A DNA stretch of 64,000 nucleotides from a virus (lineage: Duplodnaviria > Caudoviricetes): IMG/VR virus record IMGVR_UViG_3300046000_006661, positions 1,821 through 65,820 of that record; one strand, 5' to 3'. This document shows, in pieces, positions 18,880-29,040 of this stretch. The stretch's first letter is position 1. Each line of letters begins with the position of its first letter. A program made the position numbers and the translations under genes. The notes below the pieces were generated by a model. It searched no databases. It saw only the letters and a list, made by a program, of their open reading frames with translations, and was not told the DNA's origin.

Positions 18880-19505
18880 AGATCAATGTTAAAAATTTGT
18901 TTTTTGAAGATTTCGAATGTCATCTCTACATCGTAGAGGCTATCGTGAAGTTTTTTAGGGTCATGAGGAATGTCGTAGTATTTAAGCATGAATGCTTGAC
19001 TGGTTTTTAAACCCTTTTCGCGAATATGCAACATCTTATATTGCCATGATAAGAAATTTTCTTTGTCGGGCAAGATGTTCTTGAATATGGCAGTGGATAT
19101 TGATTTTGTGTCAATGACTCTTTTGACATAAGAGTGATCGCTATCCATGCCGATCATTTTGCGCCAGACGTTGATCATATAAACATCGAAGCCAAGAAAG
19201 TTCTGCCCAATAACTAAAAACGATGGATCATAAAGATACTTGGAAAGTTTTTCGAATACCTGAATAGGATGTTCAGCTTTTGAATAATAGTGGTCTTTGT
19301 CAAAGCCTGTAATTCTGGCAGCATCGGGAGATACATTTATACTGTCCCAGCGAATAAAGTGATCATGCTTGGAAACGATTGTATTGCCACGGCAAATAGT
19401 CCATGAAGCTTGCCACGGTCTGGAAGAAACGAGGTTGAGTCCCTCTGTCTCTGTATCTAAAACTATGTAGCTTTGATCTTTTTTGAATCTAAGTAGGTCG
19501 TTCAT
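18876..19505 (-). CDS. DEDDh 3'-5' exonuclease (epsilon-like)
   Basis: LDTETEG, GQN..GFD and HDSLYD motifs. Confidence 0.9.
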   Translation of the reverse strand: MNDLLRFKKDQSYIVLDTETEGLNLVSSRPWQASWTICRGNTIVSKHDHFIRWDSINVSPDAARITGFDKDHYYSKAEHPIQVFEKLSKYLYDPSFLVIGQNFLGFDVYMINVWRKMIGMDSDHSYVKRVIDTKSISTAIFKNILPDKENFLSWQYKMLHIREKGLKTSQAFMLKYYDIPHDPKKLHDSLYDVEMTFEIFKKQIFNIDL

Positions 19506-20269
19506 GGTTGGTTCATTATTGTTTTAAGTTTTTGTTCGTATTGTTCCCAGCAAAATTCATCGCTGCCAAAGTGTTCTAAGTTGGGGCAAGAGAGTGTCGC
19601 TTGCTTGCCAAATTTGCGGTCACTGAGAATCTTGTATGTCTGAAAGGCATCGCAGTCAGATTTGTGCTTATAAAAAATAGATTGCACTAATTGAATTGAT
19701 GCATTTGGCATGGTATCTCGCGCATAACGATGCACAGCTTTCTTGATTAGTTCATCAAATGGAAGTCCATTAGACTCGATGAAAAATACTGGATTGAGCG
19801 GTGCGATATTTGGAATGCAATTGCCCATAATCATTTGATTATTAAAAATAAATGAGTCATAAAAAGGAACAGCTAACATCAGATCGTCGCTCCAGTGAGA
19901 GATCAGATCGTCATTAGAGATAGCACCTTTTTGACTTGTATTGATAAAAGAATACAATTGATTCAAAGCTTTGCAACCAGCGTCATTTTTTGCAAAGGCA
20001 ATAAGCTTATGATTAGACTTGGTATTGGCATCAGAGTTGCAGCATACGAATTTGTAGCCGAAGTGTAATTGAATGCCTAGCTCTTTAGAAATTCTAAAGG
20101 CTTCGAAGAATCCAGTCATTGATTCCTCAACCAAGAAAAGGTTCTTCAAACCGCTTTCTTTAGCGATTGAAAAGATGCTGTCAGAACCATCCGAAGTTTC
20201 TTTGTCGGGGTGCTGTAGCGTGAGAATCGACTTGCCTATCGAGAAGTGAGATGTAAATATAGGAATCAT
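19502..20269 (-). CDS. Stand-alone PHP domain of Pol III alpha
   Basis: SHFSIGKSIL, MTGFFEAF..SKELGIQLHFG and KLIAFAKNDAGCKALNQL match the DnaE PHP domain. Confidence 0.85.
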   Translation of the reverse strand: MIPIFTSHFSIGKSILTLQHPDKETSDGSDSIFSIAKESGLKNLFLVEESMTGFFEAFRISKELGIQLHFGYKFVCCNSDANTKSNHKLIAFAKNDAGCKALNQLYSFINTSQKGAISNDDLISHWSDDLMLAVPFYDSFIFNNQMIMGNCIPNIAPLNPVFFIESNGLPFDELIKKAVHRYARDTMPNASIQLVQSIFYKHKSDCDAFQTYKILSDRKFGKQATLSCPNLEHFGSDEFCWEQYEQKLKTIMNQP

Positions 20270-20276
20270 CAAGAAG

Positions 20277-20305
20277 AGAATAATACATCCCCTTCACGAT
20301 GTCAA
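20277..20305 (-). promoter_or_regulatory. Sigma70-type promoter for the polymerase operon
   Basis: TTGACA-17 nt-TATTCT, 7 nt before ATG 20269. Confidence 0.75.
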
Positions 20306-21318
20306 GACTTTTTTTGATGTGTAGGACATCCGCCATAGCTACGCTTCTCGTATTTTTGTCCTTCTGGAATATCTGATTCATTAAAATATGATTTTAATTG
20401 CTTTCCGTTTTCATCTACAGTGGAGAAATAATCGAAAGCCCATTTACAGGAACATGCCCACATAGGAGTTCCATCAATCTTTAGCTGTCCTGGATATTTG
20501 GCGAATCCACATTGTAGTGGTCCACTAAAAGTTTTATCTTTCGGGAACGGCTGCTTAGATGCAAAGTTAGAATAAGCATCTTCTTCGGAGAAATTGTCGA
20601 GGTATTCTTGAATCGCTGTTAGTTGATGCTCAAAGCCTTCTAAGTCATCATCGGTGATTGGAGCCATGCGAATGATGCCAGAGTTCTTTGAATCGTCTAA
20701 TTCAAACTTCAAAAATAGAAACTCGCTTGCTCTATCCGAATATTCGGGGAACAAGTGTTTTACTGCAAGACTATACATGTAGTCTTGTAAATTGTCTTTA
20801 ACTTCTTTGCCTTTGAAAGTTTCGCGGCTAGTTTTAAAATCTCGAATTAGTGCAAACTTCTGCTTCTTGTAGAGAAATAGTTTGTCGATGAATCCTTTGA
20901 TTTTGTATTTGAATTTTCCGTCATTAACGACAATATCGAAATCTTGTTCCGACACGGCTAGAGCTGGTTTTCCAGCAGATAGACCGAAGAAGTCATACAT
21001 CAGTCCATTGAGTGTCATTTTTTTAATCAACTCGATGTTATCATCATCATTTACCCCAAGACGTTTAGCGTGTTTGAAAATTAGTTTCTCGATAGACTTC
21101 ACCGAAAAGACATCTTGTTTTTTAATGATTTTGTCGTAGATTTTTTTTCTACGAGGCTCGCCAAGAACTTCAAAGATTAAGTGGCAGATCGTGCCGCGAT
21201 TTGCGCCATCGTTTGATTTGTCGGGTATGCCAATAACATACTTCGCATAATACATCCAGCTACAAGACTGGAGAGTTTTGATGCGACTAGCGGATAACGA
21301 ATTCTTTGGTTCACTCAT
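20302..21318 (-). CDS. RecB/AddB-like PD-(D/E)XK exonuclease
   Basis: LSASRIKT..SC, GT..H..FE, GFIDKL and IRDFKT motifs; C-terminal Cys cluster. Confidence 0.85.
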   Translation of the reverse strand: MSEPKNSLSASRIKTLQSCSWMYYAKYVIGIPDKSNDGANRGTICHLIFEVLGEPRRKKIYDKIIKKQDVFSVKSIEKLIFKHAKRLGVNDDDNIELIKKMTLNGLMYDFFGLSAGKPALAVSEQDFDIVVNDGKFKYKIKGFIDKLFLYKKQKFALIRDFKTSRETFKGKEVKDNLQDYMYSLAVKHLFPEYSDRASEFLFLKFELDDSKNSGIIRMAPITDDDLEGFEHQLTAIQEYLDNFSEEDAYSNFASKQPFPKDKTFSGPLQCGFAKYPGQLKIDGTPMWACSCKWAFDYFSTVDENGKQLKSYFNESDIPEGQKYEKRSYGGCPTHQKKS

Positions 21319-22385
21319 GAGGATTTTAATACTTTTCTTAGCATAGACAGGTCTTTTTCTTTAAATTTCTGCTTGTTTGCGGCTACAAAAGTAATCAATT
21401 CCTTGATGAATTGAGAACGGTCTACAGGAGTATTATACCATTTTTTTAGATCGACTCCAGAATTAAATGCGTCAGAGAAGTCATTGTGAGATTCTGGCGG
21501 CAAATTAATCTCGATACAATTAAAATCAAAATACGGCAAAAGATTTAACAATGTTTTGACGCATCCAAGATAGCCATGATTCTCGCCATCTAAGTCATTG
21601 TTGCCAGCGATTACGATTCTCTTAACAGGAAAAGAGCTGAGATACGATAGCATGATAGACTGACAACCGAGTCCAAAAGATACAAGATTGTTTTTGATGC
21701 CAGACTCAAAAAGAGCCATGCTATCGCCTATGCTTTCGACAATCACAACTTCTCCTGCTTTGCGAATGATTGAATCAACAGTTTCTTCTGCGGGAATATA
21801 TGCTGGATAAATCCAATTCTTTCTCTTACCAAGATGTTTCCACTTGGGAATTTTGTCATTACTATCGTCTATCTTTCTGCCGCTGAAGCCAATGATTTGC
21901 TTATACTCGTTGTAGATTGGGAATACCATACGTCGATACATCTTTCCAGATTGAGCGAGTCCAGTTTTGTAAAAGTTAAGAGTATCATCTGACAATCCCT
22001 TCTTCTTATAGAAAGAAAAATTGGGGAACAGATTGTTCAGCATTGATTCAGGGTAGATTTGGTCCATTTCGATTGTTTGTTTTTCAATATATACGTATTC
22101 TTCAGACTTGTTGATAGAAGATAAAATGTTTTTAATAGCTTGCTGGTCAGAGCCAAAAGTCAATTTGATTAGTCTCTCAAAGGGAAACTTCTGACTGCCT
22201 TGAGCATAGTCAGTCCATACTCCAGTGTTCTTGTAAACACAAATAGCAGTTTCATTGTCGCCGCCTCGATATAAAGCTTTTGTGCGCCAATGATTTCCGC
22301 AATCAATCAAGCGATACCCTATTTTTTCAAGGGTAGGCTTGATGTGAACGGGATCAATTGAAGTCTGGGATGTCATCTGATTCAT
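21315..22385 (-). CDS. dnaG: DNA primase (TOPRIM)
   Basis: RMVFPI...IIGFSGR, KWKH, IVESIGD and NNDLD motifs; adjacent to the helicase. Confidence 0.88.
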   Translation of the reverse strand: MNQMTSQTSIDPVHIKPTLEKIGYRLIDCGNHWRTKALYRGGDNETAICVYKNTGVWTDYAQGSQKFPFERLIKLTFGSDQQAIKNILSSINKSEEYVYIEKQTIEMDQIYPESMLNNLFPNFSFYKKKGLSDDTLNFYKTGLAQSGKMYRRMVFPIYNEYKQIIGFSGRKIDDSNDKIPKWKHLGKRKNWIYPAYIPAEETVDSIIRKAGEVVIVESIGDSMALFESGIKNNLVSFGLGCQSIMLSYLSSFPVKRIVIAGNNDLDGENHGYLGCVKTLLNLLPYFDFNCIEINLPPESHNDFSDAFNSGVDLKKWYNTPVDRSQFIKELITFVAANKQKFKEKDLSMLRKVLKSS

Positions 22386-23862
22386 TGTCTTCTAGGTCTG
22401 CGCCACCTTCCATTACGCGAGCAATGTCACGAAGGTCTCCTTTTTCGGTGATGCAAAAATTATGGAACTCAAGATTGATAAAGTTCTTCCGCAAATTATC
22501 GCCAATGCGAACTGGTTCAACAGCACCAGCAATGTCTTTGCCAAGGTGTCGAGCTTTTACATTGATAATTTTATGAGTGCCAAAGTTTCTTCCCTCTGTT
22601 TCAATTTCATCAGCAGTTTTATTGCGAAGAATAAACATGTGAGAGCAGAACTGTGTAATTCGGTCTGACAACGATACGATACTTTCATCATCAACAATGT
22701 TTGCTGACTGACGGTTGTTGGTAATACCACTTCTGTTAGATTGCACAGATGTAATCATGGGAATGACAGGCTCACCTTCATGAAGGATTTCTTTCTGAAG
22801 ACACTTCTTGAATTTGTCAACCATTTCGCCGACTACTTGCCATTCATTCTTGCCGCCGCCAGATTCTGAAGTTGTTTTGATATAGTCAAATGAGAAGATC
22901 ATTTTATTGCCACGACCAACTTTGCCATAGTAGAATCGCTTGAGAACCTTGATCATTGAATCTACATCCATGCCGCCGACATTGTAGTAATAAAACTTGA
23001 GGTTTTTTACTTTTGCCCAAGTAGCACGAACCTTTGCGACAACATCTGGTCCAGCTTTTCTCCAGTTTCCTGTTTCGAGAAGATGCATTTGAACTCCAGA
23101 AATAGCAGCGCACTGACGCATGATAAGCTCTTCTTTGCTCATCTCGCCATTGTCGAAGTGCAATACAGGAACATTGTATTTCATCGACACTTTAGTTGAG
23201 TAGTCCATGCACCATTGAGTCTTTCCTACGCCAGATCGAGCAACGATAACTGTGATGTTTCCAGGTCTTAGCAGTGATCCATAGATTTCATTGATTTTTT
23301 CATGAGGACCCATCATGCCGAATTCGGTAATGGGATTGTTGCCTCGCTCTTCAATCAATGCTTCCATTTCATCATAGATGTTTTCTGGCGTATCGTTTCC
23401 AATCTCATAAAGATTGATGCGCGAATTGTAGGAGTCATCTGCTGCTCCTATGATTTGACTATAGCTCGACTCTGGAGCAATAGACTTCATCTTGCGAGCA
23501 ATCTCTTGAGAGGATTCATATATCTCTCTACGAATCGTGAACTTCTTGAGTTCTTTTGCTGTCTTAATTAGATTGCCGTGCGGGACTTTGCGCATGGCAA
23601 GCGAGCGAATGTAATCAGCAGGATTGAGTCTATCTTCGAAAGATAATCCTAGTGACGATACTCGTTGTGCAACGATGACCTCATCAATCTGATCGCCAGC
23701 GTCGATCGCTTGTTTGATTACTGTAAAGATGGAACTGTGCAGCCCCGAATCTTCGCTGTAGAAATCCTTGTGGCTAATGAAATTGGAAATCTCACAATAG
23801 CTTTCGGGTTCTTTGATTAGTGCCGCTAGTAGTTGTTTTTCTAGTTCTAAGTTATAGATCAT
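22354..23862 (-). CDS. dnaB: Replicative DNA helicase
   Basis: ELEKQLLAAL N-domain; ARSGVGKT, GEMS, FDYIK and QSNR motifs. ATG 23862 chosen from the promoter position. Confidence 0.92.
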   Translation of the reverse strand: MIYNLELEKQLLAALIKEPESYCEISNFISHKDFYSEDSGLHSSIFTVIKQAIDAGDQIDEVIVAQRVSSLGLSFEDRLNPADYIRSLAMRKVPHGNLIKTAKELKKFTIRREIYESSQEIARKMKSIAPESSYSQIIGAADDSYNSRINLYEIGNDTPENIYDEMEALIEERGNNPITEFGMMGPHEKINEIYGSLLRPGNITVIVARSGVGKTQWCMDYSTKVSMKYNVPVLHFDNGEMSKEELIMRQCAAISGVQMHLLETGNWRKAGPDVVAKVRATWAKVKNLKFYYYNVGGMDVDSMIKVLKRFYYGKVGRGNKMIFSFDYIKTTSESGGGKNEWQVVGEMVDKFKKCLQKEILHEGEPVIPMITSVQSNRSGITNNRQSANIVDDESIVSLSDRITQFCSHMFILRNKTADEIETEGRNFGTHKIINVKARHLGKDIAGAVEPVRIGDNLRKNFINLEFHNFCITEKGDLRDIARVMEGGADLEDNESDDIPDFN

Positions 23863-23870
23863 CTGAGTTG

Positions 23871-23898
23871 AGGATAAGGTTTTTTTTACCGTTGTCAA
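23871..23898 (-). promoter_or_regulatory. Sigma70-type promoter
   Basis: TTGACA-16 nt-TATCCT, 8 nt before ATG 23862. Confidence 0.65.
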
Positions 23899-24306
23899 TT
23901 ACAAAATTACGCCAAATGAGGAAAAAAGTTCTTCGCAGATTTTATCCTTTGGATAAATTTCGACAAGAGTGATTCCATTGACTTCGCAGAATTGTAATTT
24001 CTTTTCATCTCTTTTTAATTGCTGGAGATATTGAAAACGATTGCCGTGGAAGAATTCAACATATTTCGTGTGTTGACCTCCTTGAACTTCGACGGCAATT
24101 TTTTTGTTAGCGTTGTAGAAATCAAAAGAAAGGCGAGTGCCGACAAGTTTGAACTCTTCGAAAACAATGTCGTTCTTCCAGTATGGAAAAAGAAATTCTT
24201 TAACGTATAGTTGAAACTTGCTGCGACTCTTGCCCTTCCATTTGATTAAATATCTCTTGGCATTTTTAAGCTCTGCGACAGAACCATTGATTGTTTTAAA
24301 CTTCAT
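23899..24306 (-). CDS. Vsr/DUF559-like endonuclease
   Basis: FDFY....IAVEVQGGQH...Q..RD..K...C..NGI.LVEI. Confidence 0.8.
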   Translation of the reverse strand: MKFKTINGSVAELKNAKRYLIKWKGKSRSKFQLYVKEFLFPYWKNDIVFEEFKLVGTRLSFDFYNANKKIAVEVQGGQHTKYVEFFHGNRFQYLQQLKRDEKKLQFCEVNGITLVEIYPKDKICEELFSSFGVIL

Positions 24307-25438
24307 TGCAAATTGCTTTCTTGAAATATCCAACAAGGAATTTGCTGAGTTGTGGGTCTTGTTCAATTTTGTTGAATACCGATTCTAGTCCTTGCACTTT
24401 ACCGAATGCTGGAAGAGAATTTTCCGCGAGAAGTTCTTCAAATTCTTCCGTTGCTGTGTACCAAGCACCACCCTTACCAAGAAACTCCCACAGCAGAAGC
24501 AAATCAACGATTTCTTTTTCAATCCATACAGAGTTGCCATTTGTGCGACCGTATTTAATTGGGTAAGCAATCGTGAGATTCGTTTTTTCGTTGGGAGACT
24601 TTTTCACAGTTACTTTTGCGAAGTGACCAATGATTGGGTTGTTGACAGCATCAATTGTCTTGTCAGAAGGATTTTTAAGAATTAAATCTCCCTTGTATCG
24701 CGGCTCAAACTCAAGAATGAAGTTTGCAAAGTGCAGAAGTGCATTGCCGCCAGTGGCAGTTGTTTGGCGAACTGGAGCTTTGGAATATGGATCGAGCTTA
24801 ATGTCAGCGCGAACTTGGCTAATGAATACTGCCATGTGACCTCTCTTAGCAAGAGCAATCGAAAGGCGCTTCATAAAGTTTGCGGCAATCACAGCACCGC
24901 CAGCAACTTTGTTTGAGTCTTCGAAGTCCTTGTCAAGATCGCCTTTGGTGATTAGTCCATCGACAGAATCAAGCAAGAAATAGTAGCGATTGTCTTCTTC
25001 GTTTTTGGTAACGAGTTCGCGCATTGCGGCGACAACAGTTTCATAAATGTTGCTTTCAAATACAAAGCATGTTCCAGCTTCCCATTCTTCTGGCTTGAAA
25101 ACAAATTTGATACCTGATCTTTCTCTCATTTCCTTAGACAAGCGACCTTCTGCTTTGATGTAGAATCCTTTTGAATTTGGAACAGTCGCCAAAAAGTTTT
25201 TCATGAATGCGAGCGCAGCGCTTGTCTTGCCTCCTTCATTCATACCGCAAAATCTATGCAATCCTGGACACAAGCCTCCACCGAGTCTCAAGTCTAGTTG
25301 CAGAGAACTGCTCGAAACTTTGTAATCAATTTCATCCTCAAAATTGTAGTGATCTTCGGAATTCTGTTTTAAGAATGAGCCTAGCACGGAGCTTGACTTT
25401 AATACTTCTTTATCTTTATCTTGTTTAATTTTAGCCAT
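24296..25438 (-). CDS. recA: RecA/UvsX-like recombinase
   Basis: SLQLDL.LGGGL, G.NEGGKT, LLDSV, FISQVR and TGGNAL.H motifs. Confidence 0.9.
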   Translation of the reverse strand: MAKIKQDKDKEVLKSSSVLGSFLKQNSEDHYNFEDEIDYKVSSSSLQLDLRLGGGLCPGLHRFCGMNEGGKTSAALAFMKNFLATVPNSKGFYIKAEGRLSKEMRERSGIKFVFKPEEWEAGTCFVFESNIYETVVAAMRELVTKNEEDNRYYFLLDSVDGLITKGDLDKDFEDSNKVAGGAVIAANFMKRLSIALAKRGHMAVFISQVRADIKLDPYSKAPVRQTTATGGNALLHFANFILEFEPRYKGDLILKNPSDKTIDAVNNPIIGHFAKVTVKKSPNEKTNLTIAYPIKYGRTNGNSVWIEKEIVDLLLLWEFLGKGGAWYTATEEFEELLAENSLPAFGKVQGLESVFNKIEQDPQLSKFLVGYFKKAICNEV

Positions 25439-25775
25439 CTAAAAAGTCTTTTAATGATTTTATTTTTTTGTTTATTGTGGCATCCTCGCCAACCTTCTCA
25501 CCTATATCGTAATCGGGGTACTTGGATAAGTCAACCTTAAAATTGAATGCGCGAAACTTTTTATCCATTGTCTCTTTAAGTTTGTCACAGACTAAATAAG
25601 CCAGAGAGTCAAGCTGTTTGTCAAAAGAAACGGCATTCATGAACTCAAGCGAGTATCTTTCGCACAAGTCATTTAGCAGCTTCATTTCTCGCATATAAAA
25701 CAAACGCTTATCCTTTGTGGGGACAAGCGTGAGTCTTGCGAGTATGTGTTTTTTGTTGATCTTACTCTTTGCCAT
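25431..25775 (-). CDS. Hypothetical protein
   Basis: 114-aa ORF coupled to recA, with its own sigma70-like promoter. Confidence 0.7.
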   Translation of the reverse strand: MAKSKINKKHILARLTLVPTKDKRLFYMREMKLLNDLCERYSLEFMNAVSFDKQLDSLAYLVCDKLKETMDKKFRAFNFKVDLSKYPDYDIGEKVGEDATINKKIKSLKDFLDG

Positions 25776-26889
25776 CCAAGAGCATTATGTCATGAAAAAT
25801 CATCTTGTCAACTAAATTTTTGAAAGAAGTTTTTGGCTTCCATCCAAGCTCTTGACGAGCCTTTGTTGAATCACCAAGAAGAAGCTCAACCTCTGCTGGG
25901 CGATAGAATTTTTCATTGATTACCATCAGCACTCTGCCAGTTTCTTTTTGTTGAAAGATTTCGTTAATATCAGATCCTTTCCATTCGCCATGAATACCAG
26001 CAGCTTCAAATGCGAGTTCAACGAATTCGCGGATTGTGTGGGTTTCATTGGAAGAGAGAACATAGTCGCGTGGCTCTTGTTGATTGAGCATTTTCCATAT
26101 ACCATCGACAAAATCTTCTGCGTCTGACCAATCTCTTTTGGATTCGATATTTCCAAGTTCCAGAAGATTGTAAGCTTCTTCATTATCAATTGCTTTTTTA
26201 ATGCGAGCTACTGCTTTGGTAATTTTGCGGGTAACAAATTCTTCACCACGACGAGTTCCTTCGTGATTGAATAACCAACCCTGAACAGCATATAGTCCAT
26301 AAGATTCTCGCCATACTTTGAGAATTTGTCTAGCTGCTGCCTTAGATGCGCCATAAGGACTTCTTGGGCGAAGAGGATGCTCCTCACTCTGAGGCACTGT
26401 TACTACATCACCAAACTCTTCAGATGATCCAGCTTGATAAAATCGGCAAGCAGGATGATAGTTTCTGATTGCTTCAAGAATATTGAGAACTGATGTTGCG
26501 TTAGTTTCCCAAGTTTGTTGAGCAAAATCCCAACTACTTCCGACAAAGCTTTGAGCTGCCAAATTAATAAAATAGTCAGGCTTTAGTTTTTCAATAATTC
26601 TCGAAATGGAGTGACAATCTGTCAGGTCAAAATTAATCAAATGGAATCTTTGGCTATTGATATGAGACAAATTTGTATGATTGTAGACACTCAGCCTACG
26701 AACGCAACCAAAGATTTCATAATCAGTATTTTCCAGTAGATAGTCTACCATGTGGCTTCCGTCTTGTCCAGTAACTCCAGTTACAATTATGCATTTTTTA
26801 TTGCCAAGAGTTTTGGCAGCGTCTTCGATATTTAGTATATTCATGTGATCTATTTTTTTGCCTATGTATTTTTCTTTAAGATTGTCCAT
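25762..26889 (-). CDS. gmd: GDP-mannose 4,6-dehydratase
   Basis: TGVTGQDGS, NLAAQSFV, YQAGSSE, PRSPYGASK, FVTRKIT and RPAEV motifs. Confidence 0.95.
   Translation of the reverse strand: MDNLKEKYIGKKIDHMNILNIEDAAKTLGNKKCIIVTGVTGQDGSHMVDYLLENTDYEIFGCVRRLSVYNHTNLSHINSQRFHLINFDLTDCHSISRIIEKLKPDYFINLAAQSFVGSSWDFAQQTWETNATSVLNILEAIRNYHPACRFYQAGSSEEFGDVVTVPQSEEHPLRPRSPYGASKAAARQILKVWRESYGLYAVQGWLFNHEGTRRGEEFVTRKITKAVARIKKAIDNEEAYNLLELGNIESKRDWSDAEDFVDGIWKMLNQQEPRDYVLSSNETHTIREFVELAFEAAGIHGEWKGSDINEIFQQKETGRVLMVINEKFYRPAEVELLLGDSTKARQELGWKPKTSFKNLVDKMIFHDIMLLDGKE
25784..25811 (-). promoter_or_regulatory. Sigma70-type promoter
   Basis: TTGACA-16 nt-CATAAT, 8 nt before ATG 25775. Confidence 0.65.
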
Positions 26890-26916
26890 TTGCCTATTGA
26901 GTTTAATTAAAGATAA

Positions 26917-27549
26917 TTATTTTTTATCATTTATCAATAAAACATCATAATGATTAGATCCATATCGAAAATGTGCTGGCTTTGAAGAAATTAAAGAAAA
27001 ACCCATTGATGTAAGCTTATTGATTATGATAGAATTGATGGCTCTTAAATTTGGATTGACAAAATCATGGAATTCTATCGTAAGCTGTTTAAATTTTTTC
27101 AAATCTTTTTCTTCTGCATTCAATAAAAGATCATATTCTGCTCCTTCAATGTCAATTTTTAGAATATCTATTAATTCATCGGGTTGCAAATCCATCATAT
27201 TAATTAATTTTTTTAGTGTAGTAGTTTTTATTTTATGAACCTTCATTGATTCAGAAAAATAATCAAAAACGATAGATCCATTATAAGGAGAGCTTTCGTC
27301 CTCATTAAAAGATACATACTCTTGTTCTGCATTGTGAACAATAGCCTGATTTAGCAATATAAAATTGTCTTTGTTTTTTATTTTGCAAAAATTTGTTGGG
27401 TTAGCTTCAACTAGAATAGATTGCTGTATTTTAAATTTTTCATTTACCCCAGAAGAGAATTCTCCCAAGCAAGCTCCGAGATCAATAATTTTCAAGTCCT
27501 TATCTTTTAATAGAGACTCATCTAAAGTGTGTTCACTAATTGTTATCAT
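26917..27549 (-). CDS. FkbM-family methyltransferase
   Basis: IDLGA..G, VEANP, ILKIDIEGAE and IEFH motifs. Confidence 0.88.
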   Translation of the reverse strand: MITISEHTLDESLLKDKDLKIIDLGACLGEFSSGVNEKFKIQQSILVEANPTNFCKIKNKDNFILLNQAIVHNAEQEYVSFNEDESSPYNGSIVFDYFSESMKVHKIKTTTLKKLINMMDLQPDELIDILKIDIEGAEYDLLLNAEEKDLKKFKQLTIEFHDFVNPNLRAINSIIINKLTSMGFSLISSKPAHFRYGSNHYDVLLINDKK

Positions 27550-28339
27550 ATATTTTTTTATTTTGTTTAGATAGCTCGGTATCTTCTATTTCTCCGATGT
27601 TAAGATGTTTAAAATACTCCCAATCTCTTGCATCGTCTGGATGGTGATTATTGACATCTCCTCTTTTCATTTTAACCTTTTCCCAAAATTCAATTGATTG
27701 TGTTGTATAGTGATTGATGATTAAATCATAATCTTTTTGACCTAAATATGAAGCATTTATTGATGAGAAATTTCCAATTGGATCGTGAACCCAAAGACCA
27801 CTTATTCTGGCATCGCCATTGATTATGTATTTGCGACTAGATGTTCTATTAGGAATGAAAGATCCATTAATGAGACACATCATTTCTCCATCTAAATCAT
27901 GCCTCATCGTGCAAGATTGAACTATTGACTTTGGGTGTTCGACATTTCCATTTGAGTGAAACATCGCCCAATTCGCATATATTGCGTCATATTGTTTATA
28001 TTTATTTAAAATATTTTTCAAATCTATTTCCTTGGGGGAATACCAAAATTCATCCAAATCGCAAATAATTGTCCATTCGGAATCTTTAATTTTAGGCAAT
28101 ATAAATTTATCATAAATAGCTTGTTGTCTATTATGAAATTTAGAAATGTCATTAATGATGAGAGTGACTACTTTTTTTTCTATATAAGGAGAAATAATTT
28201 CTAAGTATGAGTCAGAACTATTATCGTCAATTAAATATATATGTTCAACACCATGAAATAAATAATGCTCAATCCATTCCTTTAAATTTAAGGACTCATT
28301 TTTAAAAATAGCAGCTACAGATAACTTGTATTTTTTCAT
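27536..28339 (-). CDS. GT92/GT2-like glycosyltransferase
   Basis: AIFKNE...LKEWIEHYL..GVEHIYLIDDNSSD, CDLDEF and INHY motifs. Confidence 0.85.
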   Translation of the reverse strand: MKKYKLSVAAIFKNESLNLKEWIEHYLFHGVEHIYLIDDNSSDSYLEIISPYIEKKVVTLIINDISKFHNRQQAIYDKFILPKIKDSEWTIICDLDEFWYSPKEIDLKNILNKYKQYDAIYANWAMFHSNGNVEHPKSIVQSCTMRHDLDGEMMCLINGSFIPNRTSSRKYIINGDARISGLWVHDPIGNFSSINASYLGQKDYDLIINHYTTQSIEFWEKVKMKRGDVNNHHPDDARDWEYFKHLNIGEIEDTELSKQNKKIYDNN

Positions 28340-29040
28340 GATCTCATTTCTGTATGGTTTTTATCTCTATGGATAATAAGTCTTGGCACGTTTAATCGCC
28401 ACGATTCAGGATAAGAAAAAGAAGAAGAGACGATATTTACCTTTTCTTTATTATGAAAGAAATAATGATTTAGGTGTGATTCGTCAAACCATTTAGCAAT
28501 AAAATCATTATCTAAATCAATTTTAGCATTTTTATAAAGAGTGTCGCACATTTTTAAAACCTCTGAAGGAATTCCTCCCCAAAAGCAACCTTGAACATAA
28601 TTTCCAATTTGCGTTGGATCTAAATATGCGGTAGAATTTTTATTTGTTTCTATATCCCACATATTTGGCGTAAATAAATTCTGTGGGTGATTAACGGCAA
28701 ATAAATCATGAAATTCAAAATCATTAACATTTTCGACAACTAGTAGATCTGCGTCAAAATAAAAAACATAATCATATTGAGAAATTAAATCTTTTTTATC
28801 TACAAAATAACTATACCTTTTTAAAGAATTAAGTGGCCATTTTTCATGTTCAATTTTATTAAAAAAAACATTTGTTAATTTTTCTGAAAAAATATCTTCA
28901 TCGGAAAAAAGTATAAAATGCTTTTCAAATTCATTTAGAAATTTTTTATTTATTGACTCGACAAGATCGAGCATTAGAGATCTGTATTTATTTGTTCCAA
29001 CTGCTAAAATTGCTATTTTCATATTTATATTTTTATCCAT
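28336..29040 (-). CDS. GT6-family glycosyltransferase (ABO-like alpha-1,3-Gal/GalNAc transferase)
   Basis: KIAIL.VGT.KY, WP..SLKRY, YDYVFYFDAD, G.FWGG and WFDESHLN motifs. Confidence 0.88.
   Translation of the reverse strand: MDKNINMKIAILAVGTNKYRSLMLDLVESINKKFLNEFEKHFILFSDEDIFSEKLTNVFFNKIEHEKWPLNSLKRYSYFVDKKDLISQYDYVFYFDADLLVVENVNDFEFHDLFAVNHPQNLFTPNMWDIETNKNSTAYLDPTQIGNYVQGCFWGGIPSEVLKMCDTLYKNAKIDLDNDFIAKWFDESHLNHYFFHNKEKVNIVSSSFSYPESWRLNVPRLIIHRDKNHTEMRS

Noticed and set aside
16321-20269. Split intein or intron joining the polymerase pieces
   Set aside because: No intein terminal motifs (C/S start, HN end) and no intervening non-coding DNA.
20302-21318. Cas4 of a CRISPR system
   Set aside because: No array or other cas genes; replication context fits a stand-alone RecB-like exonuclease.
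23863-23898. TTG start for dnaB given in the ORF track
   Set aside because: That TTG is the -35 box TTGACA; the ATG at 23862 fits both the promoter and the DnaB N-terminus.
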